DNA of 64,000 nucleotides from the human T2T-CHM13v2.0 reference genome, Homo sapiens, in assembly GCF_009914755.1 (NCBI RefSeq), contig NC_060932.1; one strand, written 5' to 3'. Both the position numbers and the translations under genes were made by a program. The notes beneath the pieces were generated by a model that saw only the letters and a program-made list of their open reading frames with translations, had not been told where the DNA came from and ran no database searches. This document shows, piece by piece, positions 12,261 to 25,865 of the stretch (positions are counted from its first letter, which is position 1; every line of letters starts with the position of its first letter).

Positions 12261-14937
12261 CTTCCATTGCTGTAATTTAAAAAACAACCCAATTAGCACT
12301 CAAGTCACATAGGTCAAGTGATTTTTCTTGATGAGACGATCAGTGACTAATAATATCTATTGCATTCCGTAGCCGTAGCTCAGCTGAGTACAACAGGGAA
12401 AGGCTTCTATTCCTTGCTGGCCATGACCAAAAAGCTACTGCGATCTCAGTAAAATGAACAAATTGAAAATTTATTCACTTGAGAACTCCACAGCTCCATC
12501 AGAAGAATGCTGATCTGATTTTCTGAGCTGTCAATATGTTTCATTAACTATCAAACAGTTGAGTTTTCAAGACATCTTCATTAAGGTAAGTCAAGGTGCT
12601 AATACACCAGAACGCAGATTGTAAGGATTTCTTGCAAGTCCCTAGGAGATAAGACAGTATTTCGTGGGGCGGTAATTTGGAGTAGTGCCAAGCCATACTA
12701 CAGCAAAGGCTCTGTTAGCATTTCTTCTTGAAACCATATTTTCTGCATTGACTATCTGGCAGTTTTGGATTGCCTCGGGCTGATAATTGGCAACTGTGCT
12801 GTTAGACCAGATGGCATGCATTTATTTATTTTATAAAGGAAAGGGAGGAAAAAAGCATGATGCAAGTTGGAAAGTCCATTTTTAGTTATAGAACAGAAAA
12901 ATAAAGGAGAAAAGAAATTGATTTTAAGCAGTTCCAGATGTTATGTGCTTTTTATTTGTAAAGCCACATCTAAAAAGAGGTGGCATTAGAAACAGAAAAA
13001 AAGAGAAGAAAATAAAAAAAAAGGAGCCACAGACTAATGTTCAGTTGGATTTACTTGTTGGAGTTTGCATTTACAGTGAATAAGCATTTTTTAAAGAAGA
13101 GAGAGAAAAAAAATCACACAATTTACATATGAATAATTACTTTCATACTGTGTATACATAAGGAGAACAGAACAGCTTCAGCTGCTAAAAGTTCCATAAT
13201 GTTGTGTCTTAATCACATAGCCTCTCTGGCCTACCTTGCTTGTTCCAGGAGCCATCTGTGAGGTTCTATTGTGTTAATCCTCCTTCAGCTGTTTTCTTTT
13301 GCCCAAAGCAGGACTTTAATTAGCACCCATTAACAGAGTGCCAAGAGCATCTTCCATCAGCTTTTTATCTCACTTTAGATGGAGAAGAAATTATGATTCC
13401 TGTAATAAATTGTGCCTTGTCTTGAAACTGTATGCCAGGATTCTCCCTGCCTTAAATTCAAATGTGTTGGGTCTCAGAAGATTAGATGTGTAATGTTCTA
13501 AGGAATCAGCACAACTTACTGTAGTAAATGGGTCTGGGGCAGATGTGTTACCTTGGGATTCTTGTGGTATATGGTCCCACTTACCTGCCATCCTGATTTG
13601 TATCCTTACCATGCAGACACCTCATTTGGTTCTTGAGAGACAAATTACTAGGAAGTCTCCCAGTCTCGAAGGGTGGGGCTTCAGACATGGTATTTCCAGG
13701 AAGCTACCGTATGATGCTAATACAGATAATATGCTACACTTTGAGGGACAAGACTCAAGGTTACCATTACAGGTCTTCATTGGGGCCAAGTTCAAGTATT
13801 TACCAGCTATGTCATGCTGGACAGGTTATTTCTTCTCCCCTGGTCAAAGTCTCTGTCAGAAAACTGATACATGTTGTTGTGGAATTGTTACGGTAATCAC
13901 ATTGGAAACATCAGAATGAAAAACCTTTACAAATCAGGAAAAATGATTTGGTATTCTGACTCTATTCTGCCATTTACAATCTATGAGAATACCTAATACA
14001 TCTAAGCTAATGTTTCCTTAGTTCTAAGTGTTATAACATTATCGGACAGTTATTAGAATTAAATTATACATTATATACAGCTATAATATGCCTAACACAG
14101 TGTTTGAAGTTTAAGTGGCACAGAATAAATAATAGGTCATTCTGCTACCTTGGTTTCCTTCTCTGGGCAAATTAAATTTCACCATGCTCATAGTTAGGAA
14201 ACAGAATGCATGTAATTGTTTTATATAAATTGAGTTGAAGAATATACTTTTTTATTATTAAATGATTTCTATGTGCTGGGCACTATTCTAGGCATAGGGA
14301 GTAGAACAACCAACAAAAACAGAAGTATCTCTATGCTCATAGGAATAAAAGACAAAACAAAAAGACAAAACACATGAATATGCAAATAATAGCATAATTA
14401 AAACTAGATATCTGATCTTGCCCCTTCTCTGCCATAAACCAAATTCTGCATCATAAAAAATTCTGGAAATCATAGAGCATAGAAACAGACGCGTAATGTA
14501 AAAAAAAAACTGGAGAAAAACAAGCCGATAATAGAAAGGTTATCTTTGCTAAACTGGAAAATGGTACAATCCACAAATACTAGCACATGAATATTTTAAA
14601 TTTCATCACTAATTTAAGACTACACTTATGTTTGAAATGATAAACTGGCATTGACAATCTGACAGTGATGAGAAAAACGCAGAAACTATCAAACTCACAA
14701 AATGAAATATATTATTTAATGACAGAAGAATCTATGTATATTTAGTACAAAGCTGTTTCTCTCATTAGATAGAATGTCATTAGAATTATAAAATATGGAG
14801 ACCCTAAAAATTAGAGTAACTAACTATAATAGAGAAAAGAAATATATATATATATATGAACTAAGAACACAGAAGTATAATTTGTATATGTATATACACA
14901 TACATTTAAAACAGGACAAACTGAGTAAAGCTACTCT

Positions 14938-14989
14938 GCATGTGTGAGTGCATGCTTGTGTCTGTGTGTGTGTGTGTCTGTGTGTGTGT
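14938..14989. repeat. Imperfect (TG)n microsatellite
   Basis: Direct inspection. Confidence 0.9.
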
Positions 14990-15089
14990 TTAGTGTTGGG
15001 AGTTCAGTGCATAAGGATCGAGACTGAGCCATGTCCAAGGTGTCTGAGTTAATGCCAACACAGAGATAAATTGACAGAAGGGACAATCA

Positions 15090-15290
15090 CATGTAATGAT
15101 AAGGGTAAGCAGGACTTCAGGATTAAATTGCCTGGGTTTGAGTCCTGGATACGTAAATTTTCTTGAGCAAGTTACTTGAAATGCTTGGACTTCTGTTTCT
15201 TATCTGAAAACTGGGAGAAGTAGCATTTACCTTATGGTATTGCTGTGATGATTGAGTGGGTACAAGTAAAGCAGTTGAGGTAGATCCTGT
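15090..15290 (+). mobile_element. MIR
   Basis: tgcctgggtttgagtcctgg...ttgagcaagttactt...gtttcttatctgaaaa. Confidence 0.8.
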
Positions 15291-15722
15291 CTGTTGATTA
15301 CTTATTCATTCTTCCCTTCATTCACTCAGTCGTTAGTCCCTTGTGGGTATCAGGCAGTTCTGAAGTCAGGAATCAAAAAAAATGGATCAGGCCCCTACCT
15401 TCATGGGGCTTATAGATAGAAGATAAACAATTTTCCCCTGCTTTAGTAAGTGCTAATGTGGTAGAAATGATTTAGATACCTTCATCCCTCTGCTACTCAT
15501 AACCAAATGCAGAATCACTCTACTCTCTTGATTATGCTGAGAACCCAGCTCTCCTAAACTCCTGCACTGAAACTCAATGCAGTCCCCTCCCCTCTTTGTT
15601 TGAAATGCCTGGGAAGAAGAATGAGCAGGATTACAGCGGATAGAAGACAATCACATGGGAAGACAACCCAGCTGAGGGTGAACACTGATGCTCTGGGTCT
15701 GCATACATTTTGGTTGGAACAT

Positions 15723-16079
15723 TGCTATACATTGTTTATGTTCCCCCAAATTCATATGTTGAAATCCTAACCCTTAAGGGGATGGTATTTGGAGGGGGGC
15801 CTTTAAGAGGTAATTTGGATAGGAGGGTAGATTCCTCATGGATGGGATTAGTGCTTTTAAAAAAGAGATCTCGGAGAGCTCCCTCATAACTTCCACCACG
15901 TGAGGACATTGAAACAAGGCACCATCTGTAAACCAGAAAGCAGATCTTCACCGGACACCAAGGCTGGTGCCTTGATCTTGGAATCCCCAGATTCCAGACC
16001 TGTGAGAAATAAATGTTTGTTTTTAAGCTACCCAGTCTATGGTATTTTTATTATAGCAGCCAAGACAAAAATTAAGACA
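15723..16079 (+). mobile_element. MLT1A0-like MaLR solo LTR
   Basis: TG...CA ends, cccccaaattcatatgttgaaatcctaacc, aataaa; 5-bp TSD aacat. Confidence 0.92.
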
Positions 16080-18859
16080 AACATTAAACCTCACATAAGG
16101 TATAGAATATAGGTTCAAGCAGACCTCATCTCCAGCTTCAGTGTAAAGAAGCCACAGATGATATACGGGTTAGACAGAATAACTTGGTAATTACAATGCG
16201 TGATTGTGATCTCGAGGCATCATGGAAAGGTTACAGCATGTGCAATTTATTAAAAGAATACACAGAAATGATTGATGTATTTCTGGAATACATACATTAC
16301 AAATGTTTAAAATGAGAAAAAATATCTATTTTATTAAGTGATGAACTTTTCAGTAGTTAGATAATATCCACTGAAAATATTGCTTTCTCTGTTGATCCTT
16401 GATTTCTGATGTTATTGTTGTTAGCGTAGTGACAGTCTTCCAAACACGCTTGAGACAGATTTGACCACCAGTCCACATACAGAACCGGGGAAAAATGGAA
16501 TACTTTCGGGGAAGAGGAAATGAGATGTGTAGCTTGCCCTCAGTACTGCCATGTAGTGTGTGGTGCTTGAACTTCCTGGTTATATTAATGATGTCTCTTT
16601 CATTAGTTTATCGTAAGATGAAACATGTAAATGTTCTGGAAAGATATCACCTAAAATGAAACGAAACAGTATCTTTGAAAAAATGTTGTATTTGTAGATT
16701 GTAAATATTCCACTCACCAATATGATATCTTCATGAAAAAATTTTGATGTAGAAATTAGACCACAAGGACCCTATATAGTGCTATATTATTTTATTTTTT
16801 CAATCTTTTGAATACCTACATTTATCTGTAGGTCTGAAAAGTTTATAATAAGAATAAAGGAAAGGGAATGTAAATGAAACAAAATACATGCCCATAAAGA
16901 CACATAGTGCATCATGTTTTTAATAGTTTTTAAGCTCTTTACTTGATACAAGAGAAATTGGAGCGAACATAGTACAGCCAACCAATAAAGAAGGCAGATT
17001 TACTTAATGGAGAAATGCACTAAGCTGCATACGGAATGCTTTTCAAAATTAGGACTTAACAGGAAAAATGAAAAGAAAGCAATCTGGTTAATTAGAGAAA
17101 ACTAAAGATGTAGTAAAAATAGCCAAGTCTAAAACTGGCTTAAGGGCATATGGTCCTTGAAAGAAAAAACATCCAGATGATCACAAACAAAGAAAAATAA
17201 AGCATTTTATGAAGTACAGAAAATGGTAAATGTCATTTTAAGTTACTTATAAAGAATCATATTACAATCAGATTGTGGTTAAAAAAAAATAGAAAGTTAA
17301 ATCTTAACCCAAAGCGTGATTGAATAAATCTCAATCCTGGATATTTTTGTCGTATTCAATTTTAATTCAGGTTGTTACATTAACATGCTATGTAATCTTG
17401 AAAACACCATCTAACCTTCTTAGACCTGTTTGCACTGTAAGAAAATGCATTTGATGCATCCTTTTAGAGACAATAATGTATTATTCTATAGCAAATCTTC
17501 AGTTATTTGGAATTCTCAGAAAATATTTTCCATATCATTGAAAATGTACTTATTTCAGTGCTAAAATTTGTCATTCAGCCATTTTTACTAGATTTGTGTT
17601 TAGCATATACATATTATAAACCTGTTTCTGCTTTCTTACCTAAACGATACTAAATGCCTTTGGCTCTTCTTAATAAATTTGTGTTTACTTGAGAAATTCA
17701 TGTTATTTTATTGTGATTCTAGATGGCTAAGTCTGTGTGTAAATTTCACACTTTCTGCCTCTGCTCACATTGCTCACATTTGACCGCCAGCTTCCAATAG
17801 CTCTTCCGGTAACAGCTGATCTCTTTCTTCTCATAACCAAGCATTGGTTAAACTTGTGTAAAGACCATCTTATAGTGGTTTGGGAAGGTGGGGAATTATT
17901 TCAAGTAAAGCACACACCTTTGCCATATGGATTTACACAAAGCTAACTGGACTCTCCAGAAAGCATTTTTTTTTTTTCCTTTTCAAGAATGTTGATCACA
18001 GTGGAGGCTTTTGGGTAACTGAGCTCTAAGAGAAGATATATGTCCCTACTATGTCATAGCCTGGAAAAGTTTGCTTTTCTGATCCGGCTGACAGCACCAC
18101 AATTAATCAGGCAAAGTTGTTCTTTGGATACCCTAATTCTTCACATGGAACACTTCTGTTCACTTTTTGAAAAGCCAAAAGGATTTCTTGCCACCTTAAC
18201 TCTCAGATTGAGAAAAAGTAAAGTATGATTGATCTTAATGTATTTCTCCTTCCCACAATATTTGTATATTCAAACAGGAGCCTGGAGAGGGCAGAGCTTA
18301 CCTCCAAAATCAAAACAAAACAAAAGAAAAAGAAATGCTGATGAAAAGTTTTACTGGACATTGAGAGGTAGGAACTTAAATTCAAAAAGAGCAAGAAGTG
18401 GATATAGAACCCAATCAAATAAATATCAGTGAGAATCATAGCCCTGTCAGACAGGAAGAATGTAAAACAGATTCAGGATAGATCAGACAATAAATGCACA
18501 AGTTGTATCCTATTAAATTGTTAAAAACTGTAACAACAATAACAACAAAAATCACTGGCTTAATAACTAGATTAGCTAAAACTTGAATCCCAGGGATGTG
18601 AGCTATTAGACATCATTTGGAGATCACGGCCTTAGAGATCTTTTCCACATTTCTCCATATAAAGAGGGTAAGAAAAAAAATCACTCCTACTACTTATAGC
18701 TCTAATTCTTACATCCCTGTGAAAATTTCTGGTTAATATGAAACCCCAATTTGCTTGGTAAATAGGTAATCTCAAGTTTGCTGAATACCGAACATTTTTG
18801 TTTTGTTTTTGTCCGGGCTCACAAATCTAACCCCAAAGTTATATCTCCACATGATATTT

Positions 18860-19805
18860 AATTTAGTTCCTAAACTTATGGCCCAAACTGAATTCCCTGC
18901 TTTCCCTTAAACTGGCTTCTGTTATAGTCTTCTTTATTTCATTCTGCCAGTGGCTCAGACCAAACACCTTTCACTAATGAACTGGAATTTGAAGTCAATT
19001 CCTTGGGTCTCCTTTCTAATACATCCCACTGCTCATCACCTCTACTCTTTCTAGCCTGGTCAAAATGCCCATCGCCTTTCATCTGGGATGTGCAGGATCC
19101 TCTGACGGGCCTTCTGGCTTCTGCCCTTGCGTTCCCCATCTCTCTACACACAGTCTCACCTAACAGCTGCTAGAGTCTTTCTGCCAACCTCATATCACGT
19201 CATGACACTTCATGTCGTTCCCATGCTCAATGCATTTCACTGAGTTCCCTTCTCATTGAGAATAAATGCTCAGGAAAACCCCAGCCAGCCTAGACCTCAT
19301 TCTCTCTCTGACCTCATCCCCTACCTGTTGTCTCTTCATTCTCCCTGCTTGGGCCACACTCACATTGGCCTTTGGGCTACTCCTCCACCATGCCAGCTGC
19401 ATTCCTTTCTCAGGGTGTCTGTGTTTGCTCATCCCTCTGCCTGGAGTGCTTCTGACCCAGATATCCATGGGCTGACTTCTTTACCTCCTCCAGGTGTTTC
19501 CTCAATTGTCACCATTTACAGGAGCTCTTTCCTGACTGTGCTAAGTAAAAGTGCCACCGTAATAACTCAGGAACTCCCTATCCAGTGTTCTTTTGTTCAT
19601 GGTAATCTCCATCTGACATGCCACATGATTTAATTTGTAGTTCTTTGTTGGTCTTTCTGCTTTGCATTCCCCTTGCATTTAAGTTTCATGAGGTTGGGGA
19701 TACTGGTCTTTTTTTCCCTGCTGTTTTAGATCGAGCGTCTCAGATGGTGCCTGGCATATGGCAGGCTCTGAAGGTTGTATGAATAAATTGGTGCATGAGT
19801 GAGTA
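18860..19805 (+). mobile_element. L2a-like 3' region
   Basis: Long pyrimidine-rich L2 stretch ending gtgcctggcatatggcaggctct...tgaataaa. Confidence 0.8.
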
Positions 19806-20598
19806 GTTTAACCACAGGAAATTCTAGACTTAATTCTGAACATGATGAAGCAAATTATAACTCATAGTGTTAATATTTTTGTGTTAAGTTTGGAAATAAC
19901 CTGAGCTTATTTGACATTTTAATTACTCATAACTTATAAGACTTTGGCATGTTAAAGTATAATTTGACATCCTAGAGTATATAACAGATTAATTTGATTC
20001 CAATTTAAAATGTGGATTAGAAAATTTGATTTTGCTTGTCATTCTAATTTGAATAGTTTAAGACAATTTTACTATATCTGTGAAAAGTATAACAAGATAC
20101 TTGTAATTTTGATCTATTAAATTTATAAAAAGTGGTTAAGTATCTGGGAAACTTAGCTTATTAGAAAATTGGAGTACTTAAAAGTAAAAATAAACACATT
20201 AAATTTATAAATAAATTTTAAAGCAGTTAATGGACCTTAAGTTGGAAGGGTTACTTATGAGCTTTTAAATATTTTTCTGGATGTACTAATAAAAAATAAG
20301 ATGATTTTTAAATTAAATGTAAAAGCACAAGAAGAACAAAATTTTGACTTTGTAACATTAAATGCATTAAATATTAATTGTTAAAACAGAAGTAAATTAT
20401 CCTTTTTCTTACTGTCATAAAATGTACTTTCAAATATATAAAAAATATATACTGATGGTGAACATTCATGTGTTGGTATAATAACATTTCTTTTTTTGGT
20501 GAATGTTGTTGCTGGAAGAGAAAATTCAGTTTGCTCTTAGGTCAAAAACCAATTATGCAGAAGACTAACAGTTTGATGGCTAGCTATATGTATGCATG

Positions 20599-20655
20599 TT
20601 TATCTATCTGTCTATCATCTATCTATCACCTATCATCATCTATCTATCTATCTAT
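20599..20655. repeat. Imperfect (TCTA)n microsatellite
   Basis: Direct inspection. Confidence 0.9.
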
Positions 20656-20665
20656 GCTGACCAGC

Positions 20666-21066
20666 TGTTATAGACCGAATTGTGTTACCCCAGCATTCAC
20701 ATGTTACAGTTCTGAACCCCAATGTTAACTGTATTTGGGGATAGGGCCTTTAAGGGGGTAATTAAGATTAAATAAGGTCATATTAGTGGGGCCCTAAGCT
20801 GATAGGCCTTGTGTCATCATAGGAAGAGGAAGAGACATCAGAGATCCCCCTCTCTCTTCCTCCATTCCCTCTCTCTGTGAATGCACAAAGGAAAGGCCAT
20901 GTGAGAACTTGTCAGAAAGCTGCCAAATGCAAGTCAGAAAGAAAGATCTCAGCAAACATCTTGGTCTTAGACGTCCAGCCTCTAGGGCTGTGAGAAAATA
21001 AGTTTCCATTGTTTAAGCCACTGAGTCTGTGGGATTTAGTTAAGGCAGCCCTCAGAGACTAACACA
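20666..21066 (+). mobile_element. MLT1A/B MaLR solo LTR
   Basis: TG...CA ends; TSD ccagc/ccaac; aaggccatgtgaga, tttaagccac. Confidence 0.9.
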
Positions 21067-21373
21067 CCAACCTTTACCCAACAACCTTATCTACTGTTCA
21101 TTCTTAACTTAGAAAACAGATTTTTCTCAACACTGAGATATTTGGGGGCTCCATGGAAACTACTTCCTTGAAGTTCTCATCTTTCATAATCGGAACTACT
21201 TTATGAATGCCTTCTTCCTTTCTGTTTGTTGGCCACACCGAGGAGAAGAACCCAAAAAGACATTTAGCTCAGTCCTTGCTCATTGTTCTAGGGACAGGTA
21301 TCCAAAGAGGGGACCTTAAAGATTTTGTTCAGTGTTATGCTGACCAGCTCACGAAGGCAATGGGGGAGAAAAA

Positions 21374-21419
21374 CACACACACACACACGTACACACACAC
21401 ACACACACACGCACACACA
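21374..21419. repeat. (CA)n microsatellite
   Basis: Direct inspection. Confidence 0.95.
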
Positions 21420-21779
21420 ACAGTGGCTAACATCAGTGTACTTGGTACTCTTCTAAAAGCTTTGTAGCTATTATTTCATTCAAGAATTAAGGCAGAAGTC
21501 TGGGTTGAATCAGGGACTGTGCATGATCCTTGCAGTAGGTTTCAGGGACTTCAAGTGGTGATGGAAGCAGGGAAGCTGGTGGGTTATTCAGCTGGGAAAG
21601 AATGGAACTGGTACAGGAGCCATGCCATGCCTGGCTGATTTCTTACCTTTTAAAAGATGTCTTATGATTTCAGGACATGGTGTGCTTTCAAATATGGTAT
21701 TTTATGTAATAGTGACAAAACTCTACCCACCACATATGACATATGAGGTTCAGCAGAAATACATTTAAACCATGTAATA

Positions 21780-22537
21780 CATTGGCCCTTATAAAACATG
21801 TGAGTTAGGGGCACCAAACCCCTGTGTAGTCAAGAATCCACATATAGCTTGACTTCCCAAAAACTCAGCTACTAATAGCCTACCATTGACTGGAAGACTT
21901 ACTGATAGCATAAATAGTTAAGTTTTTTTTATGTTATATGTATTACATACTGTATTCTTACAATAATTAAGCTAGAGAAAAGAAAATGTTATTAAGAATA
22001 TCATCAGGCTTTGGAAGGCCAAGGAGGGCGGATCTCCTGAGGTCAGGAGTTCAAGACCAGCTTGGCCAACATGGTGAAACCCCGTTTCTACTAAAAATAC
22101 AAAAAATTAGCCGAGCGTGGTGGCGGGCACCTGTAATCCCAGCTACTCCAGAGGCTGAGGCAGGAGAATCACTTCAACCCAGGAGGCGAAGGTTGCAGTG
22201 AAGTAAGGTCACGCCACTGCACTCCAGCCTGGGCAACAGAGCAAGACTCCTCAAAAAAAAAAAAATCATAAGGAAGAGAAAATAGATTTACTATTTATTA
22301 AGTGGAAATGAATCATCATAAAGGTCTTCATCCTCATTGTCTTTCCACTGAATAGGCTGAGGAGGAGGGAGAGTAGGGGTTGGTCTTGCTGTCCCAGGTG
22401 TTGCAGAGTTGGAAGAGGTGGAGGAGGTGGAAGGGAAGGCAGGAGAGCCAAGCACACTTGGTGTAAATTTCATTGCAAAAAATACATGTATAACTTGACC
22501 CACGCCCTTCAAATTCAGGTTGTTTCAAGGTCAATTG
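21780..22537. mobile_element. Tigger2a/2b (MER28-type) DNA transposon interrupted by an Alu
   Basis: Degenerate TIRs cattggccctt / aaggtcaattg flanked by TA; internal aaggtcttcatcctcattgtc. Confidence 0.88.
22006..22265 (+). mobile_element. AluSx-like element lacking most of its first ~35 nt
   Basis: Begins ..ggctttggaaggcc; complete right arm and A-tail; atcat on both flanks. Confidence 0.95.
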
Positions 22538-22589
22538 TAATCTGTCCAAGGCCAACAAACTTGAAACTGATTGCCTTCACGTTCTTTCC

Positions 22590-22910
22590 CAGCCCCATTC
22601 CCTCAGTCATTCTGCTCCAGCCACACCAGATTTTTTGCCTTTTTTCAGAAACATTCTTTCTTTTCAGGGCTCTTGCAGTAACTGCTTTCCTTGCTTAAAA
22701 TGCTTGCACCTCAGATCTGGCATGGCTCTATCTCACACATCATTTATGCCATTTTCCTCATTGCCTTCTCGGGCTTCATTTTCCTCCATGGTATTCTATA
22801 TATTTATTTGATTAGTTTCCATTTTTCTCAGGAGGACAAGGGCCATTTCTATTTTGAATATTGTATTTCCAGCACCCGAAAAATTCATAATGTTAAAGGA
22901 AGTGATTGCA
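22590..22910 (+). mobile_element. L2 3' fragment
   Basis: tgctccagccacac...cagggctcttgca...tgtatttccagcacc. Confidence 0.65.
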
Positions 22911-23470
22911 TGATGCATTGATAAGGGGTGAAACCCCAGCCTCAGTCATGCATCTACTGACATGGGCTTGGGAGCTTTCTTCAGGGCCTGGACTCCTGCT
23001 TACTTCTCCCCTTCTTCCCAATACAACATTGTTCCTGGGCTTCCCCATACAAACAAATGAATCCTTTGAACTTTTGTTTCTTTTTTCCTTACAATGGACT
23101 TGTAAGATAAGAGCTCCTATTAATTCAATTTAGCAGCTTTTACCACCAAAGTTCAGAGATGCTAAGTGATTTGGCCAAGATCACACAAGGTTATCAGTGC
23201 AGGGCTGCTTCTCACCCGGGTCTACTGATAGTCTCCACTGATGGATGGCCTTTGTGGAATCTCTGCTGTGTTTCTGCTTCCCAGAGGATGCTAATTCAGT
23301 TTAAACAACAAAACTTGGCAAGAATGCTTTTCACTTGTGTTACTGCAGCTCCTTAACCTATGACATGATCACTGATCATGTTACCCTACTGTAACCAGCA
23401 CTCCTTAATAAAATGTGACTGTGGACCAAGAAGCTGGTCAAGGCTGGGAAGAAGGAAATTCCATAGATGA

Positions 23471-23865
23471 TGTATTATTCCATTCTCATATTGCTATAAT
23501 GAACTACCTGAGCCCGGGTAATTTATAAAGAAAAGAGTTTTAATCGGCTCACGGTTCTGCAGGCTGTGTAGGAAGCATGGCTGGGGATGCCTCAGGAAAC
23601 TTTCAAACATAGTGAAGGCAAAGGGAAAGCAGGCACATCCCACATGCCTGGGGCAGAAGGAAGCGATGGAAGGAGGCAGCGCTACACACTTTTAGACAAC
23701 CGGATCTTGTGAGAGCTCTATCCTGAGACAGCACTAAGGGGATGGTGCTGAATCATTAGAAACTGCCCCTCTGATTCAATCATCTCCCACCAAACCCCAC
23801 CTCCAACACTAAAGATTATAATTCAACATGAGATTTGGGTGGGGACACAGAACCAAACTATATCA
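23471..23865 (-). mobile_element. MSTA solo LTR
   Basis: tgtatta...caaactatatca ends; TSD gatga/aatga. Confidence 0.93.
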
Positions 23866-23879
23866 AATGAAAAACAAGA

Positions 23880-24275
<396 letters not shown>

Positions 24276-24405
24276 TTAATGACATGATTTCCTTTTTTAC
24301 TCAGTTCCTCCCTAAAATGCTTTGAGGAAGGTGGGTGGAAAGGACGATGTCCATGTCGCAAATGATGGAGCTGAGAATCAGAGAAGGGCAGAGATGTATA
24401 TAAGG

Positions 24406-25240
24406 TGTATTAGTCATGTTAAAAGAAAAACCTCAGCTGAATTAAATTTAAAGGAGTTTAATTGAGCAATGAATGATTCACAAATCTGGGCAGCCCCCAG
24501 GATCACAGCAGATTCAGACTCCAGGGATGCATCATGCTCAGAACAAATTTACAGACAAAATAAAGGTAAGTGACGTACAGAAATAGGAAGTGAGGTACAG
24601 AAACAGCTGGATTGGTTACAGCTCAGCTTTTGCCTTATTTCAACAGAGTTTGAACAATTAGCAGTCTGTGAGTGGTTGAAATATGGCTTCTGGGAGTGGC
24701 CAACACTCAGTTACAGGCATATACTCTTAAGTTAGATTTTCAATCTTGTCTGCCTATTAAGCTAGGTTACAGTTCGTCTGCAATAACTCAAATATAGAGT
24801 ACAGAGTCCTTCTCAGGCCTCTGAGTTTGCTTTAACACTTATCTCAGGCTGCCATAACAAAATACCACAAACTAAGTGACTCAAACAACAGGAAATTATC
24901 CTCACAGTTTCTGAGTGTTGAAAATCTAAGATCAAGGTGCCCATAGATTCAGTTTCCTAGTAAGAGCTCTCTTCCTTGCCTGTAGACAGTCATCTTCTCT
25001 GTCCCCATGTGAACGGAGCACTTGCTGTCTCTTCATCTCTTCTCAGGACACTATGTGAATGGAGCACCTGCTGTCTCTTCCTCTTCTTCTCAGGACACTA
25101 ACCCAATCATGAGGGACCTGTCCTCATGACTTCAACTAAACATAGCAATCTCCCAGCAATCCCATCTCTAAATACCATCATCTTGTGGATTAGGGCTTCA
25201 ATTATGAATTATTGTGGGAGGCATAATTCAGTCTGTAATA
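24406..25240 (-). mobile_element. MLT1A/B MaLR LTR interrupted by MER57
   Basis: tgtattagtc, resuming at ggctgccataacaaaataccacaaact...; TSD taagg on both sides. Confidence 0.88.
24417..24837 (-). mobile_element. MER57 (ERV1) solo LTR
   Basis: tgttaaa...tttaaca termini; reverse of ggcctgagaaggactc..ctatatttgag. Confidence 0.88.
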
Positions 25241-25534
25241 TAAGGCTTCACCACCAGTGAACAGGAATCAAAGATAGGTAGGTAAATTTATCCTGAAAGA
25301 CCAAAACTTGTTCCATTAGCCATCACCCTATTATCTCAAATGAAACTTGAGATTGGGAAGCTATCAGTTAAATAACTCACTCCTTGAGATGTCTGACAGA
25401 AAGAGGACCTGATGTGGACCCAATCTCACTCTTTACTCTGTTGCCTCATGCTGTTTCCCTTAACCATTAAACAGATGGATAGCAGGTGTTGGAACATGAT
25501 TTTCCCCTTTGCCACCTATGATTGTCATTAAGTC

Positions 25535-25865
25535 TGTGCACCAGATGTGTCCAGGTTTCTGCTCCTTCTGGGCACATGATGTAATGAACTTCTCCTCCCT
25601 TAAATATTGGGTATAGCCATGTGACTTCCTTTGATTAATGAGATTTGAACAGAAGTGGAGCTTATCTCTTGCATGCAGAAATCTTAAAAGTGAGTGTGTG
25701 ATTGAATCGAATTATTTCTCCTGATGCAGGGATAGTAAAGGCCTTCAGGCCCAGCCTTGTACTCACCCTCACCCCCACCATCTCATTCTAAATGTGGAGC
25801 TTGGTGAGAAATACACATGAGTCATGTAAGCCCTCTGAGATGTGGGCTGGTGCAAAACCACTGAG
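25535..25865 (+). mobile_element. Old MLT1 (H-J group) LTR fragment
   Basis: gccatgtgacttcctttgattaatgagatttgaacagaagtg; taagccctctgagat. Confidence 0.65.

Noticed and set aside
13391-13919. Three overlapping ORFs of 73-124 aa
   Set aside because: No recognisable protein similarity or convincing splice structure; consistent with chance
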